Shown: piece after piece, positions 1 to 9,800 of the stretch
Layout of the letters: every line of letters begins with the position of its first letter
Position numbering within the stretch: the stretch's first letter is position 1
Source of the DNA: Acidobacteriota bacterium
GTDB taxonomy: Bacteria > Acidobacteriota > Vicinamibacteria > Vicinamibacterales > 2-12-FULL-66-21
NCBI GenBank assembly: GCA_039933435.1
Contig: JBDTOB010000002.1
Location: 1-32,500 of the forward strand
Direction of reading: 5' to 3'
DNA: 32,500 bases
The notes under the pieces: generated by a model
Database searches by the model: none
What the model was told of the DNA's origin: nothing
The model's input: only the letters and a program-made list of their open reading frames with translations
Position numbers and translations under genes: made by a program

Positions 1-1
1 G

Positions 2-583
2 GAGGAAGCCGAGCGCAAGAAGCGCGAGCTGCCGGAGCCGCAGCGCCAGCGGCTGACCTTCCTCCGCGGCGACCTTCGCGACTGGGCGGCCGACGAGCCG
101 TTCGATCTGATTCTCACGCCGTGCGCGTCGCTCACCCACCTGCTGACGCTCGACGATCAGATCGCGGCGTGGCGGCGCGCGCACGACAACCTCACCGCCG
201 GCGGCCGCTTCGTCGTCGATCTGGTGATGCCGAACCTGCCGGCCTATGCCGATTCGATGCAGACGCCACCGCGGACGCCGGTCGAGATCGACATCGACAC
301 CTGCGATCCGGCCACCGGAGAGCGGCTGCTGCGCTACAAAACGACGCGATACGTTCCGCACGAACAGCGCGCCGAAATCCGGTTCCTCTACGACAAGCTG
401 GCGAAGAACGTCGCCGTCGATCGCTACGTCAGCGACTTCGCCTCGCACGTCTACTATCCGCGCGAGGTCGAACTGCTCTTCCGGCTGACCGGCTTCGAGG
501 TCGAGAGCCGCTACGGCGACTACCGGATGCGGCCGCTCCGGAGCACCAGCCGGGCGATGATCTTCACAGCTGTGCGCCGCTAG
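2..583 (+). CDS. class I SAM-dependent methyltransferase, C-terminal part (5' end lies outside the window)
   Basis: The frame is open from nt 2 (no stop) to TAG 581-583. The translation ...FDLILTPCASLTHLLTLDDQIAAWRRAHDNLTAGGRFVVDLVMPN... looks like the central core of Rossmann-fold methyltransferases. A variable C-terminal region follows, ending MIFTAVRR. Confidence 0.7.
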   Translation, partial: EEAERKKRELPEPQRQRLTFLRGDLRDWAADEPFDLILTPCASLTHLLTLDDQIAAWRRAHDNLTAGGRFVVDLVMPNLPAYADSMQTPPRTPVEIDIDTCDPATGERLLRYKTTRYVPHEQRAEIRFLYDKLAKNVAVDRYVSDFASHVYYPREVELLFRLTGFEVESRYGDYRMRPLRSTSRAMIFTAVRR

Positions 584-727
584 GCCAGGCGCCACCACCG
601 GGCCGATATCCGCCGAAGGCATACATGAGCTAGAATAGGGCTCTACTAACAGAGCAGCGCCTCGTCCGGCACAGCCTCCCGCAGGCTGGCTCGATGGAGG
701 TGGTCTGTCCGCAGGCCCGGTGCATGA

Positions 728-1552
728 ATGGTTCGATCGTTATGCTGTCGTCCGGGCGTGCTGCCCGCCATCCTCGCCTTTCAGTTAGCCGCCGCGGCGA
801 CCTGTTTCGCACAACCCGACCCGCAGGCGCCGGCGCAGGCCCAGCCTGCGTCGCGGTCCCCCTGGTCTGTTGCCTTCTCGCATGATCGGGCGACCACCAC
901 CAATCTTGGCTTCCGCAACATCTGGACGGCCGACCGCGTCCAGCTGGGCTGGAGGAGGCCCGAAGACGGAGGCTGGTTCGTCTCCGCCGAGCGCCAGCAG
1001 CGCGGGTCGCTGACCGATGCCGCCCTGGCGGCACGGGGCTACCGGCGGCTGGGCGACTGGACGATCGCGGGCGGTGCGGGCGCCGCTCCGGGAGCGGACT
1101 TCCTGGCCCGCGGTTCGCTCGACGTGGAGCTCTCCCGCCGGGTTGTCGGCACCGTGGTGGCCTCCGCCGCCTATCGCTACCTCCACTTCCAGCAGGTTGA
1201 CGTCCATCAGGCGCAACCGGCGCTGACCTGGTATCACCCCCGGGGAGATGTCGAGGCGCGGCTCTACCTCTCGCACAACACCAGCACCGGCCGGACCTCG
1301 CCGACGATCCGCATCCGAACCGGCTACGCCGTGAACGAGCGCCTCGATCTCAGCGGCGGCTTTGCGTATGGCGATCGGATCTTCGACATCGCCTCGCTGC
1401 CGACCGGGACGTCCCACTCTCACGCCGCCTTCGCCCGGGTGCGTGTCGGGCTGACCGCCCGCGATTTCATCGCGCTCGGCGGCGTCCGCGCCCACGAGGA
1501 CCCCGCCTTCGAGTACCGATCGCTGTCGATCGGCTACGAGCGGACCTTCTGA
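728..1552 (+). CDS. outer-membrane beta-barrel protein (possibly YaiO-family)
   Basis: ATG at 728. Signal-peptide-like N-terminus MVRSLCCRPGVLPAILAFQLAAAATCFA/QPD. Alternating hydrophobic strand pattern throughout. The C-terminus ...SLSIGYERTF ends in Phe, the OMP beta-signal. The stop TGA 1550-1552 overlaps the next ATG (TGATG). The family assignment is by size and pattern only. Confidence 0.6.
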   Translation: MVRSLCCRPGVLPAILAFQLAAAATCFAQPDPQAPAQAQPASRSPWSVAFSHDRATTTNLGFRNIWTADRVQLGWRRPEDGGWFVSAERQQRGSLTDAALAARGYRRLGDWTIAGGAGAAPGADFLARGSLDVELSRRVVGTVVASAAYRYLHFQQVDVHQAQPALTWYHPRGDVEARLYLSHNTSTGRTSPTIRIRTGYAVNERLDLSGGFAYGDRIFDIASLPTGTSHSHAAFARVRVGLTARDFIALGGVRAHEDPAFEYRSLSIGYERTF

Positions 1553-2760
1553 TGGTGCCCGGCTTGCGCGCCGCCTCGATCTGGTGGGCCAGCGTGGCCG
1601 CCGGCGCCCTCTACGCGCTGACGGCGCTCGTCGTCATCGTCCGGCGCCTCGGCTTCGAGCGCCAGCGCCAGGTGCTCGACGCCGTCGAGGCCGGCCTGGC
1701 GGCTGGCGCCGCGGGCCAGGATGCGCTCGCCGCGGCGGTGGCCTCCGCGCCGCTGACGCTCCTCTGGGCGCTGGGCTCGGACGCCTCGGTACCGCGAAGC
1801 GTTCACCAGATCATCGCCGCAGCGCTCGTCCACCGACTCGGGCCGGATCGCCTGGCCGCGGTCGTCGACCGCGCCAGCGCCCGCAGCGCACGCCGCATTG
1901 CCGCGCTGCGCGCGCTGGCGCTCACCAGACAGGTGGACAGCTGGCGCCTGCTGCGGGCGGCACTGAACGGCTCGAGCCGCGAGGTCGCCGGCGCCACCGT
2001 CGCGCTGCTCGGTGAGCTCGAGGACCGGCGGGCGAGCGAACTGCTGGTCGAGGCGCTCACGACCGGCCGCTATCCCCGCTCACGGGTGGCCACAGCGCTC
2101 GAGAGCTCCGCCGAGGACATCGGCGACCTGCTGGTGCCGCTGCTGTCGTCCGACGACGCGCACGTGCGGTACTGGAGCGCGATGCTGATTCGCCGCCACG
2201 ACCTGCCGGGCATGAGCGGCTTGATCGAGGCCCTGACGACCGACTCGAACCCGATGGTCCGCAAGGCGGGGCTCTACGCGCTCGGCCGGATGGGCACCGC
2301 CCGTGCGGCGGAGACGGCGAGACGCTGCCTGGGCGATCCCGTGCCCTACGTGCGGGCCTACGCGGTGCGGGCGATTGCCGCGCTGGGGGTGCGGGCGACG
2401 CTGACCTCCGTCATTCCCCTGCTGGCCGATCGCGACTGGTGGGTGCGCACCGCCGTCAAGGAGGCGCTCGAACGCGCCGGGGCCGACATCGAGCACGCCG
2501 TGATCCCCTACCTGTCGCATCCCGATGCGTTCGCGCGCAATGGCGCCGCGGAAGTGCTCCAGAATACCGGCGGGTTCGAGCGGCTGCTGACGCTCGAGGC
2601 GAGCGGACCGTCGGACCCGCAGCGGCTGGTCCTGCTCGAGAAGCTCGCCAGCGCCGGTGGATTGCGGATGTCGGACGGCGTGCTGCAGCGGCTGCCCCCC
2701 TCCGCCCAGCGCCGCGCCCGGGCGCTGCTGACGACGGTGCGGCTCTCCGCGGAATCCTGA
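1552..2760 (+). CDS. membrane-anchored HEAT/PBS-lyase-repeat protein
   Basis: One N-terminal TM helix (IWWASVAAGALYALTALVVIV). Repeated units of about 30 aa of the D-x-x-VR-x-x-A-x-x-x-LG type follow: DDAHVRYWSAMLI, DSNPMVRKAGLYALGRMG, DPVPYVRAYAVRAIAALG, DRDWWVRTAVKEALERAG, HPDAFARNGAAEVL. Start-stop overlap with the upstream gene, and a 3-nt gap to the downstream GT2. Confidence 0.8.
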   Translation: MVPGLRAASIWWASVAAGALYALTALVVIVRRLGFERQRQVLDAVEAGLAAGAAGQDALAAAVASAPLTLLWALGSDASVPRSVHQIIAAALVHRLGPDRLAAVVDRASARSARRIAALRALALTRQVDSWRLLRAALNGSSREVAGATVALLGELEDRRASELLVEALTTGRYPRSRVATALESSAEDIGDLLVPLLSSDDAHVRYWSAMLIRRHDLPGMSGLIEALTTDSNPMVRKAGLYALGRMGTARAAETARRCLGDPVPYVRAYAVRAIAALGVRATLTSVIPLLADRDWWVRTAVKEALERAGADIEHAVIPYLSHPDAFARNGAAEVLQNTGGFERLLTLEASGPSDPQRLVLLEKLASAGGLRMSDGVLQRLPPSAQRRARALLTTVRLSAES

Positions 2761-2763
2761 ACC

Positions 2764-4158
2764 ATGCACACCCTCGTTGCCGTCATCGTCGGCGCCTGCT
2801 TCGTCTATCTGCTGGCCGTGTTCGCCGCCTTTGCGCTGATGCTCGCCGGTTCAGCGCTCGAGCACGCGCGGCTCGCGTACCAGGCCCGCAGCGAGGACTA
2901 CGGCGCAATCTCGGAGAGCCACTTCACGATCCCGGTCAGCGTGATCGCGCCGGCGTACAACGAGGAGGTCGTGATCGAGGCGTCCGTCCGTTCGCTGCTG
3001 GCGCTCGACTACCCCGAGTTCGAGATCATCGTCGTCAACGACGGCTCCACCGATCGGACGCTGGAGGTGCTGAAGGAGACGTTCGACCTCGAGCAGCGGG
3101 AGCTGTTCTACCGGCGCCGCTTCGACAGCCGCCCCGTGCGGGCGGTCTACCGCAGCCGGGTGCACCCCAACCTGATCGTCGTCGACAAGGAGAACGGCGG
3201 CAAGGCCGATGCGTTGAACGCCGGCCTCAATCTCGCCCGCCTGCGCTACATCTGCACCGTCGATGCCGATACCGTCTATTACCCCCAGGCGCTGCTGTCG
3301 AGCCTGCGGGTCCCGATGCGCGACCCGGCGACGGTGGTGGGAGTGACCAGCCAGGTGACGATCAGCCGCCGGCCGGAAATCGGCGGATATGCACGGGCCG
3401 GGACGCAGCGGGTCGACGGCAACGCGCTGACCGACTTCCAGCTGCTCGACTACATGCGGGCGTTCGTCAACAACCGGATTGGCTGGAGCCGCTGGAACTT
3501 CATGCTGTGCGCCGTCGGGGCGTTCGCGGTCTGGCGCCGCGACGTCGTCGAGGAGCTCGGCGGATTCTCCGGGGCCTTCACCTGCGAGGACATCGAGTTC
3601 ACGTTCCGGGTGCATCGGCACTTCCGGCGCGCCGGCGTCCCGTATCGAGTGGTGGCGCTGGCGGAGAGCGTCGGCCGCACCGAGGGGCCCGACTCCGTCG
3701 CCAGCCTGGTCAGCCAGCGGGCGCGCTGGCAGCGGGTGATCACCGAGACGGTCTGGCACTACCGCGGGATGCTCTTCAATCCGCGCTATGGATCCGTCGG
3801 CCTGGTCGGCGTGCCCTACTACGTGCTGGTGGAGGTGCTGGCACCGGTCTTCGAAGTGCTTGCGGTGGCGGTGTTGCCGCTGGCGTGGTGGCTCGGGGTG
3901 CTGGACCTCGGCGAGGCGGGGCTGATGCTGGTGGCGATGGCTCTGGCCAACGGCGTGCTCACCAACCTGGCGGTGCTGACCTACGCCCGGGGCCCGCGCT
4001 CCTACGCGCTGCGGGATCTGCTGCACCTGATGGGGCTGGGGGTCACGGACCTGTTCGTCTATCGTCCGGTGCTGATCTACGCCCAGGCGCGCGGGCTGAT
4101 CGACTTCCTGCGCGGCGACAAGGAATGGCACAAGTTCGCGCGCAACAAGAGGGGCTGA
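2764..4158 (+). CDS. processive family-2 glycosyltransferase, PgaC/IcaA/NodC-like polysaccharide synthase
   Basis: N-terminal TM helix, then IPVSVIAPAYNEE, IVVNDGSTDRT, ENGGKADALNAG, TVDADT (DxD), GAFAVWRR, TCEDIEFTFR and SQRARWQRV (the QxxRW signature of processive beta-glycosyltransferases). Several C-terminal TM helices follow (VPYYVLVEVLAPVFEVLAVAVLPLAWW...). Confidence 0.9.
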   Translation: MHTLVAVIVGACFVYLLAVFAAFALMLAGSALEHARLAYQARSEDYGAISESHFTIPVSVIAPAYNEEVVIEASVRSLLALDYPEFEIIVVNDGSTDRTLEVLKETFDLEQRELFYRRRFDSRPVRAVYRSRVHPNLIVVDKENGGKADALNAGLNLARLRYICTVDADTVYYPQALLSSLRVPMRDPATVVGVTSQVTISRRPEIGGYARAGTQRVDGNALTDFQLLDYMRAFVNNRIGWSRWNFMLCAVGAFAVWRRDVVEELGGFSGAFTCEDIEFTFRVHRHFRRAGVPYRVVALAESVGRTEGPDSVASLVSQRARWQRVITETVWHYRGMLFNPRYGSVGLVGVPYYVLVEVLAPVFEVLAVAVLPLAWWLGVLDLGEAGLMLVAMALANGVLTNLAVLTYARGPRSYALRDLLHLMGLGVTDLFVYRPVLIYAQARGLIDFLRGDKEWHKFARNKRG

Positions 4159-4228
4159 GGCGCCCCGCCGCGCCATTTTCTCCCGCCACCGCCGCTCCAC
4201 GATCGGGCCCTCCCGGAGCCGAACAGGG

Positions 4229-4257
4229 TTGACACGTCGGCGCCTGCCTCCTACACT
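4229..4257 (+). promoter_or_regulatory. sigma70-type promoter candidate for the efflux operon
   Basis: TTGACA (4229-4234), a 17-nt spacer, then TACACT (4252-4257). It lies in the 220-nt gap between the GT2 stop and the TolC-like start. The TTG that the ORF track uses as a start at 4229 is the -35 hexamer itself. Confidence 0.45.
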
Positions 4258-4378
4258 TCGCCAACACCTCAACAGAACATCGGTGGCAGCCAGCTGGCGC
4301 GAACGCTCGCGAAACCGGGGCGGGTCGCCGGGTTCACTCCAGATTGGTGCCCGAGGCGCGCATGAGAGACAGGAACGA

Positions 4379-5728
4379 GTGTTGCTGACGCGTGGGAACG
4401 TCCGGTGGGGGCTCCTGGCCCTGGTGCTTGGCCTGCCGGCCGCGGCGGCGGCCCAGGCGCCCGGCGCACCCGTGCTGACGCTCGGCCAGGCCGTCGCCGA
4501 GGCCATTGAGCACAGCCGGCCCGTCCGGATTGCCGCGCTGGAGGTGGACAAGGCGGGGGATGCCCAGCGCGCCCTGCGCACGCGGCGACTGCCCAACTTC
4601 GACGTCAAGGCGCTCTCGGGGACGCTCGTCGCGCCGCTGGATTTCACGTTCAAAACCGGGGTCTTCGGCGTCTTCCCGCAAATCGGACCCGTCCCCGGCC
4701 AGGACACCTCGATCCGCACCGACCCCCGCTTCAGCACGATCCTGCTCGGCCGCATCGCCCAGCCGCTCACCCAGCTCCGGAACATCGGCATCGGCCGCCG
4801 CGCGCTCGATGTCGGCCAGGACCTGGCGCGCCAGCGGGTGCGGGCCCAGGAGCAAATCGTCGCCCACAACGTCAAACAGCTCTATTACGGCCTGTCGCAG
4901 GCACAAAGCGGCGTGGTGGCCAACGACGCGGCGCTATCGCTCTATCGCGAGCTGGAGCGGGTGATGACGGAGTATCGCGAGCGCGAGTCGGTGCTGCCCG
5001 CCGACGCGCTGGTCGTCCGGACGGCGCTGGCCCGTCAGGAGCAGACTGGCCTGGTCCTCCGCAACACCGTCGCCACGCTGAGCGAGCAGATGAATGTGCT
5101 GCTCGGCAGGGACCCGACGCAGCCGTTCGCCATCGAACCGGTCGTGCCCCCGTCCAGTGTGGCGGTTGATGTCGCGGCGGCGCAGACCCGGGCGCTGGAG
5201 CAGCGGCCGGAGGTCACCGAGGCGCGACTGCAGGCCCGGCAGGCGGAGCTCGACTGGCAGCTGAAGCGCGCCGAGCGAACGCCGGAGGTCAGCGTCGCCT
5301 TCAATTATCTGGGCTTCTACAACTTCGAAGTGCTGCCGCGCCACGGAGCGACGCTCGGCCTCTACGCATCCTGGGAGCCATGGGACTGGGGTCGCCGGGC
5401 CGCGGAGGCCGACGTCAAGCAGCGGACCGTGGAACAGGCGGGCCTCGGCGTGCGCGAGGCCGAGGCGCTCATCCGCCTCGATGTCAGCAGCCGGGCGCGG
5501 AAGCTGGAGGAGGCGCGCGCGATGCTGCACGTGGCGGAGCTCGGGCAGGAGACCGCCCGTGAAAAACTGCGCGTCGCGCTCGAGCTGTTCAAGCAGCAGG
5601 CGACGCTGCAGCGGCAGGTGCTGGAGGCGCAGGCGTCCGCCGCCGAAGCCGACCAGCAGTATCAACAGACGCTCGGGACGTTCTGGTCGGCGCGGGCGGA
5701 ATTCGACAAGGCTGTCGGGGAGAGATAA
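4379..5728 (+). CDS. TolC-family outer-membrane efflux channel
   Basis: The reading frame is that of ORF 4229-5728. I place the start at GTG 4379 (or TTG 4382) so that the product begins with a signal peptide: VLLTRGNVRWGLLALVLGLPAAAAAQA/PG. It has the typical TolC N-terminus LTLGQAVAEAIEHSRPV and a two-fold repeated coiled-coil/beta pattern. The exact start is uncertain. Confidence 0.85.
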   Translation: MLLTRGNVRWGLLALVLGLPAAAAAQAPGAPVLTLGQAVAEAIEHSRPVRIAALEVDKAGDAQRALRTRRLPNFDVKALSGTLVAPLDFTFKTGVFGVFPQIGPVPGQDTSIRTDPRFSTILLGRIAQPLTQLRNIGIGRRALDVGQDLARQRVRAQEQIVAHNVKQLYYGLSQAQSGVVANDAALSLYRELERVMTEYRERESVLPADALVVRTALARQEQTGLVLRNTVATLSEQMNVLLGRDPTQPFAIEPVVPPSSVAVDVAAAQTRALEQRPEVTEARLQARQAELDWQLKRAERTPEVSVAFNYLGFYNFEVLPRHGATLGLYASWEPWDWGRRAAEADVKQRTVEQAGLGVREAEALIRLDVSSRARKLEEARAMLHVAELGQETAREKLRVALELFKQQATLQRQVLEAQASAAEADQQYQQTLGTFWSARAEFDKAVGER

Positions 5729-6862
5729 ATGAGGACGTCCCGCGCTCGGCGTGTGGCCATGGCGGTCATGTCTGCGGCGGTGGCCGCCGCCTGCCATGAC
5801 AGCGAGCCTTATCAGAAACCACTGACCCCGGTGCGGGTGCAGACCGTGGCCGCCGGCGTGGCGGCGCCCGGGGTGCGCTACTCGGCCAGTGTCGAGCCGA
5901 ACACCCGCGTCGATCTGGCCTTCAAGGCCGGCGGCTATATCCAGTCACTGGCGCGGACGAACGGCCGGGAGATCCAGGACGGCGATCGCGTCACTCGCGG
6001 CATGGTGCTGGCCCGCGTCCACACCACCGACTACGCCGAGAAGGTCAAGCAGGCACGGTCGCAGCTCGCCGAGGCGGAGGCCGCGGCGACGCAGGTGACC
6101 CAGGCGCACGCGCGTGCCACCCAGCTCTATCAGGCGCACGCCATTACCCGGCCGGAGCTCGAGCAGGCGGAGGCCGGACTCGCGACCGTCAAGGCCAAGC
6201 TGTCAGGCGCACGCGCGCTGGTGCAGGAGGCGGAGAACGCGCAGGCCGACACCGCCCTGGTGTCACCGATCGACGGCATCGTGCTCAAGCGCCTCATCGA
6301 GGTGGGATCGCTGGTCGGTCCGGGGAGCGGCGGCTTCGTGCTGGCGGACACGTCTTCCGTCAAAGTGGTGTTCGGGGCGCCCGATACCATGCTCGGCGCA
6401 CTCAAGGCGGGGGCGATCGAGGCGGTGACCAGCGAAGCGGTGCCGGGCCGGGCATTCTCCGGGCGCATCACCAAGATCGCGCCGACCGCCGACCCCCGCA
6501 GCCGGGTCTTCGACGTCGAAATCACCATCCCGAACCAGGACGGCGCGCTCAAGGTCGGAATGGTGGCGGTGGTGCAGCTGGCCGCGCGCGCGGCCACCGC
6601 CACCGCGGCCGCCGTGGAGGGGGGCGCGCTGGCGCTGCCGCTCAGTGCCATCGTCCGCTCCAAGGACACGCCCGACGGCTATGCGGTCTACGTCGTCGAG
6701 GAACGGGCCGGCGCCGCGGTGGCCCGCCGCCGCAATGTCGTCCTGGGCGAGATGCTCGGCAACCAGATTGCCGTCACCGGCGGCGTCCGCGCCGGGGAAC
6801 GCGTCATCATCAGCGGCGGATCGATCGTCAACGACGGCGAAGCCGTGCGGATCGTGCTGTAG
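5729..6862 (+). CDS. efflux RND periplasmic adaptor (membrane-fusion protein, HlyD family), lipoprotein
   Basis: The ATG directly follows the TolC-like stop (TAAATG). Lipobox-like AVAAAC with Cys22. Coiled-coil hairpin (QARSQLAEAEAAATQVTQAHARATQLY...). Lipoyl-like motif LVSPIDGIVLKRLIEVGSLV. Confidence 0.9.
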   Translation: MRTSRARRVAMAVMSAAVAAACHDSEPYQKPLTPVRVQTVAAGVAAPGVRYSASVEPNTRVDLAFKAGGYIQSLARTNGREIQDGDRVTRGMVLARVHTTDYAEKVKQARSQLAEAEAAATQVTQAHARATQLYQAHAITRPELEQAEAGLATVKAKLSGARALVQEAENAQADTALVSPIDGIVLKRLIEVGSLVGPGSGGFVLADTSSVKVVFGAPDTMLGALKAGAIEAVTSEAVPGRAFSGRITKIAPTADPRSRVFDVEITIPNQDGALKVGMVAVVQLAARAATATAAAVEGGALALPLSAIVRSKDTPDGYAVYVVEERAGAAVARRRNVVLGEMLGNQIAVTGGVRAGERVIISGGSIVNDGEAVRIVL

Positions 6863-6865
6863 ATC

Positions 6866-9800
6866 ATGACCCACGGACACTCGTCAGCCGACCTCATCCG
6901 CACCACCCACAACACCGCGCGGTTCTTCACCGAGAATCGGCACATCTCGTGGGTGCTCCTCATCGCCGTCCTTGCCTGGGGCGTGTTCGGCTACCTGCAG
7001 ATGCCCAAGCGCAAGGACCCCGACATTCCGGTGATTTTTGCCGCGGCCATCTGCGCCTGGCCCGGCGCCAGCGCCGAGCGGGTCGAGCAGATGGTCACCC
7101 GGCGGATCGAAGAACGCATGGCGGAGAACCCGCGCGTGCAGAAGATCGAGTCGATCTCGCGCAGCAGCGTCTCCATCGTCCTGATCGCGCTCGACGAGCG
7201 GACCAAGGGCAGCGACACCGGCAAGGAGTACGACGACATCAGCCTGCGGCTGAGCACGATCCGCGATCTGCCGGCGGGGGCCGGGCCGATCGAGTTCGTC
7301 AAGGACTTCGGCGACACCGCGGCGCTGATGCTGACCGTGACCAGTCCGAAGGTGGCCGGCGTCGAGCTGTCGCTCCGAGCCCGCAGCGTGCGCACCGCGA
7401 TCGAAGCCACACGCGGCCGGGCCGCCGCCGGCGCACGCGCGACGCTGATCGTCGCCTACCCTGATTCCATCGACGCCAGCATTCCCCGGCGGCAGCGCGA
7501 CCTGATTCTGCAGTACATGCAGCAGCGGGCCTTCGGCACCGATCACCGCCCGGTCGACGGCGCCGGCTTCGTCGGCATCGACCTGATCGCGCCCGGCGAC
7601 GATGCGGCGGTGCTCGGCTTCCTGCGCGGCGCGCTCGAGAACCGGCTGGTCCCGGCGGACTTTCATCCGGACGTGTGGGACCCCACCATCATCCGCGATC
7701 CCGCGCAGGCCGAAGCCCGTCTGGCGCTGGTCGCCGGCGACAAGTACAGCTACCGCGAGCTCGACGTCTACACCGAGCTCATCAAACGGGTGCTGCAGTC
7801 GGTGCCCCAGGTCTCCAAGATCTTCCGCGCCGGCCTGCTGCCCGAGCAGATTTTCCTCGAGTACTCCCAGGAGCGTCTCGGCGCGACCGGCATCCAGCTG
7901 ACCAGGCTGGCGGAGGTCCTCGGCGGCCGCAACGTCGTGCTGCCCGGCGGGGTCATCGATGTCGCCGGCAAGACGCTGACGGTGGATCCGTCGGGCGAGT
8001 TCAAGAGCGAGAAGGAGCTGGGGAACGTCATCGTCGGCGTCTCGGCCAACAACCGGCCGCTCTATCTGCGCGACGGCATGGAGATCAGCCGCGGCTATCA
8101 GACGCCGCCGCAGTATCTCAACTTTTACGACTGGAAGGACGAGCACGGCGCCTGGCAGCGCAGCCGGGCCATCACCCTGGCGGTGCAGATGCGCCCCGGG
8201 GAGCAGATCGGCCAGTTCGGCACTCACGTCAACGCCGCGCTCGACAGCCTCCGGGGGCAGTTGCCCGCCGACCTGATTCTCGCGCGGCCGTCCGACCAGC
8301 CGCTCCAGGTGGCCGAGAACATCGACCTCTTCATGAACAGCCTCTACGAGGCGATTGTGCTGGTCGTGCTGGTGGCGCTCATCGGCTTCTGGGAATGGCG
8401 GTCGGCGCTGGTGATGGCCATCGCCATTCCGGTGACGCTGGCGATGACGTTCGGGATGATGGACCTGCTCGGCATCGACGTCCAGCAGGTCTCGATCGCG
8501 TCGCTGATCATCGCCCTGGGCCTGCTCGTCGACGACCCGGTGGTCGCCGGCGACGCCATCAAGCGCGAGCTCGAGGACGGCCAGCCGCCGATCATCGCTG
8601 CGTGGCTCGGGCCCACCAAGCTGGCCACCGCGATCATGTTCGCGACCATCACCAACATCGTCGCCTACCTGCCGCTGCTGATGGTGCAGGGGGCGACCGG
8701 CAACTTCATCTACAGCCTGCCGATCGTCCTGGCCTGTTCGCTGATCGCCTCGCGGCTGACGTCGATGACGTTCATCCCGCTGCTCGGCTACTACCTGCTG
8801 CGGCCGAGTCGCCACCCTGAACCGTCGATCGAGGAGCGCCGCTCGCGCGGCTTCACCGGCGCCTACTATCGGCTCGGGGGATGGGCGCTGGAGCATCGCT
8901 GGGTGACGCTGGGGATCGCGATGCTGGTCCTCGTCGCCGGCGGGCTCGCGGTCACCGGTCTCAAAGTGCAGTTCTTCCCGAAGGACCTGTCGTATCTTTC
9001 GTATGTCGACGTCTGGCTGCCGGAGGACTCGACCATCGCCGGCACCAGCGCCACCGCGGCCCGGGCGGAGGGCATCATCCAGGAAGTGGCCGCCGAGTAC
9101 GGCCGCGAGCATCCGCGCAAGGACGGCGCTCCCGAGCAGGTGCTCAAATCGGTGACGACGTTCGTGGGCGGCGGCGGGCCGCGGTTCTGGTTTTCGGTGT
9201 CACCCGAACTGCTGCAGCCGAACTACGCCCAGCTGATCATCAACGTCTTCGACAAGCACGACACCGAGCACCTGATTGCCCCGCTCCAGCGGGCGCTGTC
9301 CGCCGGCGTGCCGGGCGCGCGCGTCGACGTCCGGCAGCTCGAGACCGGCAAGCCGGTCGGCATCCCGGTGTCGGTGCGCATCTCCGGTCAGGACATCGGC
9401 GAGCTGCGGCGGCTGGCCGCCGAAGCCAAGGCGGTCTTCGAGGCGGTGCCCACGGCCGACCGGGTCAGGGACGACTGGGGCAGCGAGAGCTTCCAGGTCA
9501 AGCTGCGCGTCGATTCCGACCGGGCGAACTTCGCCGGGGTCTCGAATACCGAAGTGGCGCTGTCTTCGGTCGCCGGCGTCAACGGTATCCCGGTGACGAC
9601 CCTGCGTGAGGGCAACCAGCAGATTCCGGTGGTGGCGCGGCTGCGGGTCGACGAACGGGCGCGGCTGTCCGATCTGAAGAACCTCTACGTCTACTCGACG
9701 TCGAGTGCGCAGCGCGTGCCACTCGGCCAGGTGTCGACCATCCAGTACGCCATGGACGTCGAGAAGATCCGCCGCCGCAACCAGTTCCGCACCATCACCG

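Noticed and set aside
631-636. A TAGAAT -10-like hexamer in the relatively AT-rich 144-nt gap upstream of the OM barrel gene.
   Set aside because: No acceptable -35 lies at 16-18 nt, so a single hexamer is insufficient. It is kept only as a note.
4229-4378. The N-terminal 50-codon extension of the TolC-like ORF from TTG 4229. Similar upstream extensions are offered by the ORF track: 13085-13474, 13321-13593 (minus), 15497-15946, 16674-16742, 27021-28370, 29456-29650 (minus) and 30625-30678.
   Set aside because: The extensions are Arg/Pro-rich. They precede obvious signal peptides or TM anchors, or overlap the upstream gene. Internal starts give canonical N-termini and stop/start coupling. 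TTG 4229 is better explained as part of a TTGACA -35 box.
2851-4875. A 674-aa minus-strand ORF spanning the GT2 gene, the intergenic promoter region and the TolC-like gene. Analogous antisense ORFs lie at 6884-9112 (742 aa), 26272-28353 (693 aa), 14727-16010, 15611-16717 and 13301-14491.
   Set aside because: Each lies opposite a gene with clear family motifs. Some cross obvious gene boundaries and intergenic regions. All have the R/G/P/H-rich composition typical of out-of-frame or antisense translation of GC-rich genes.
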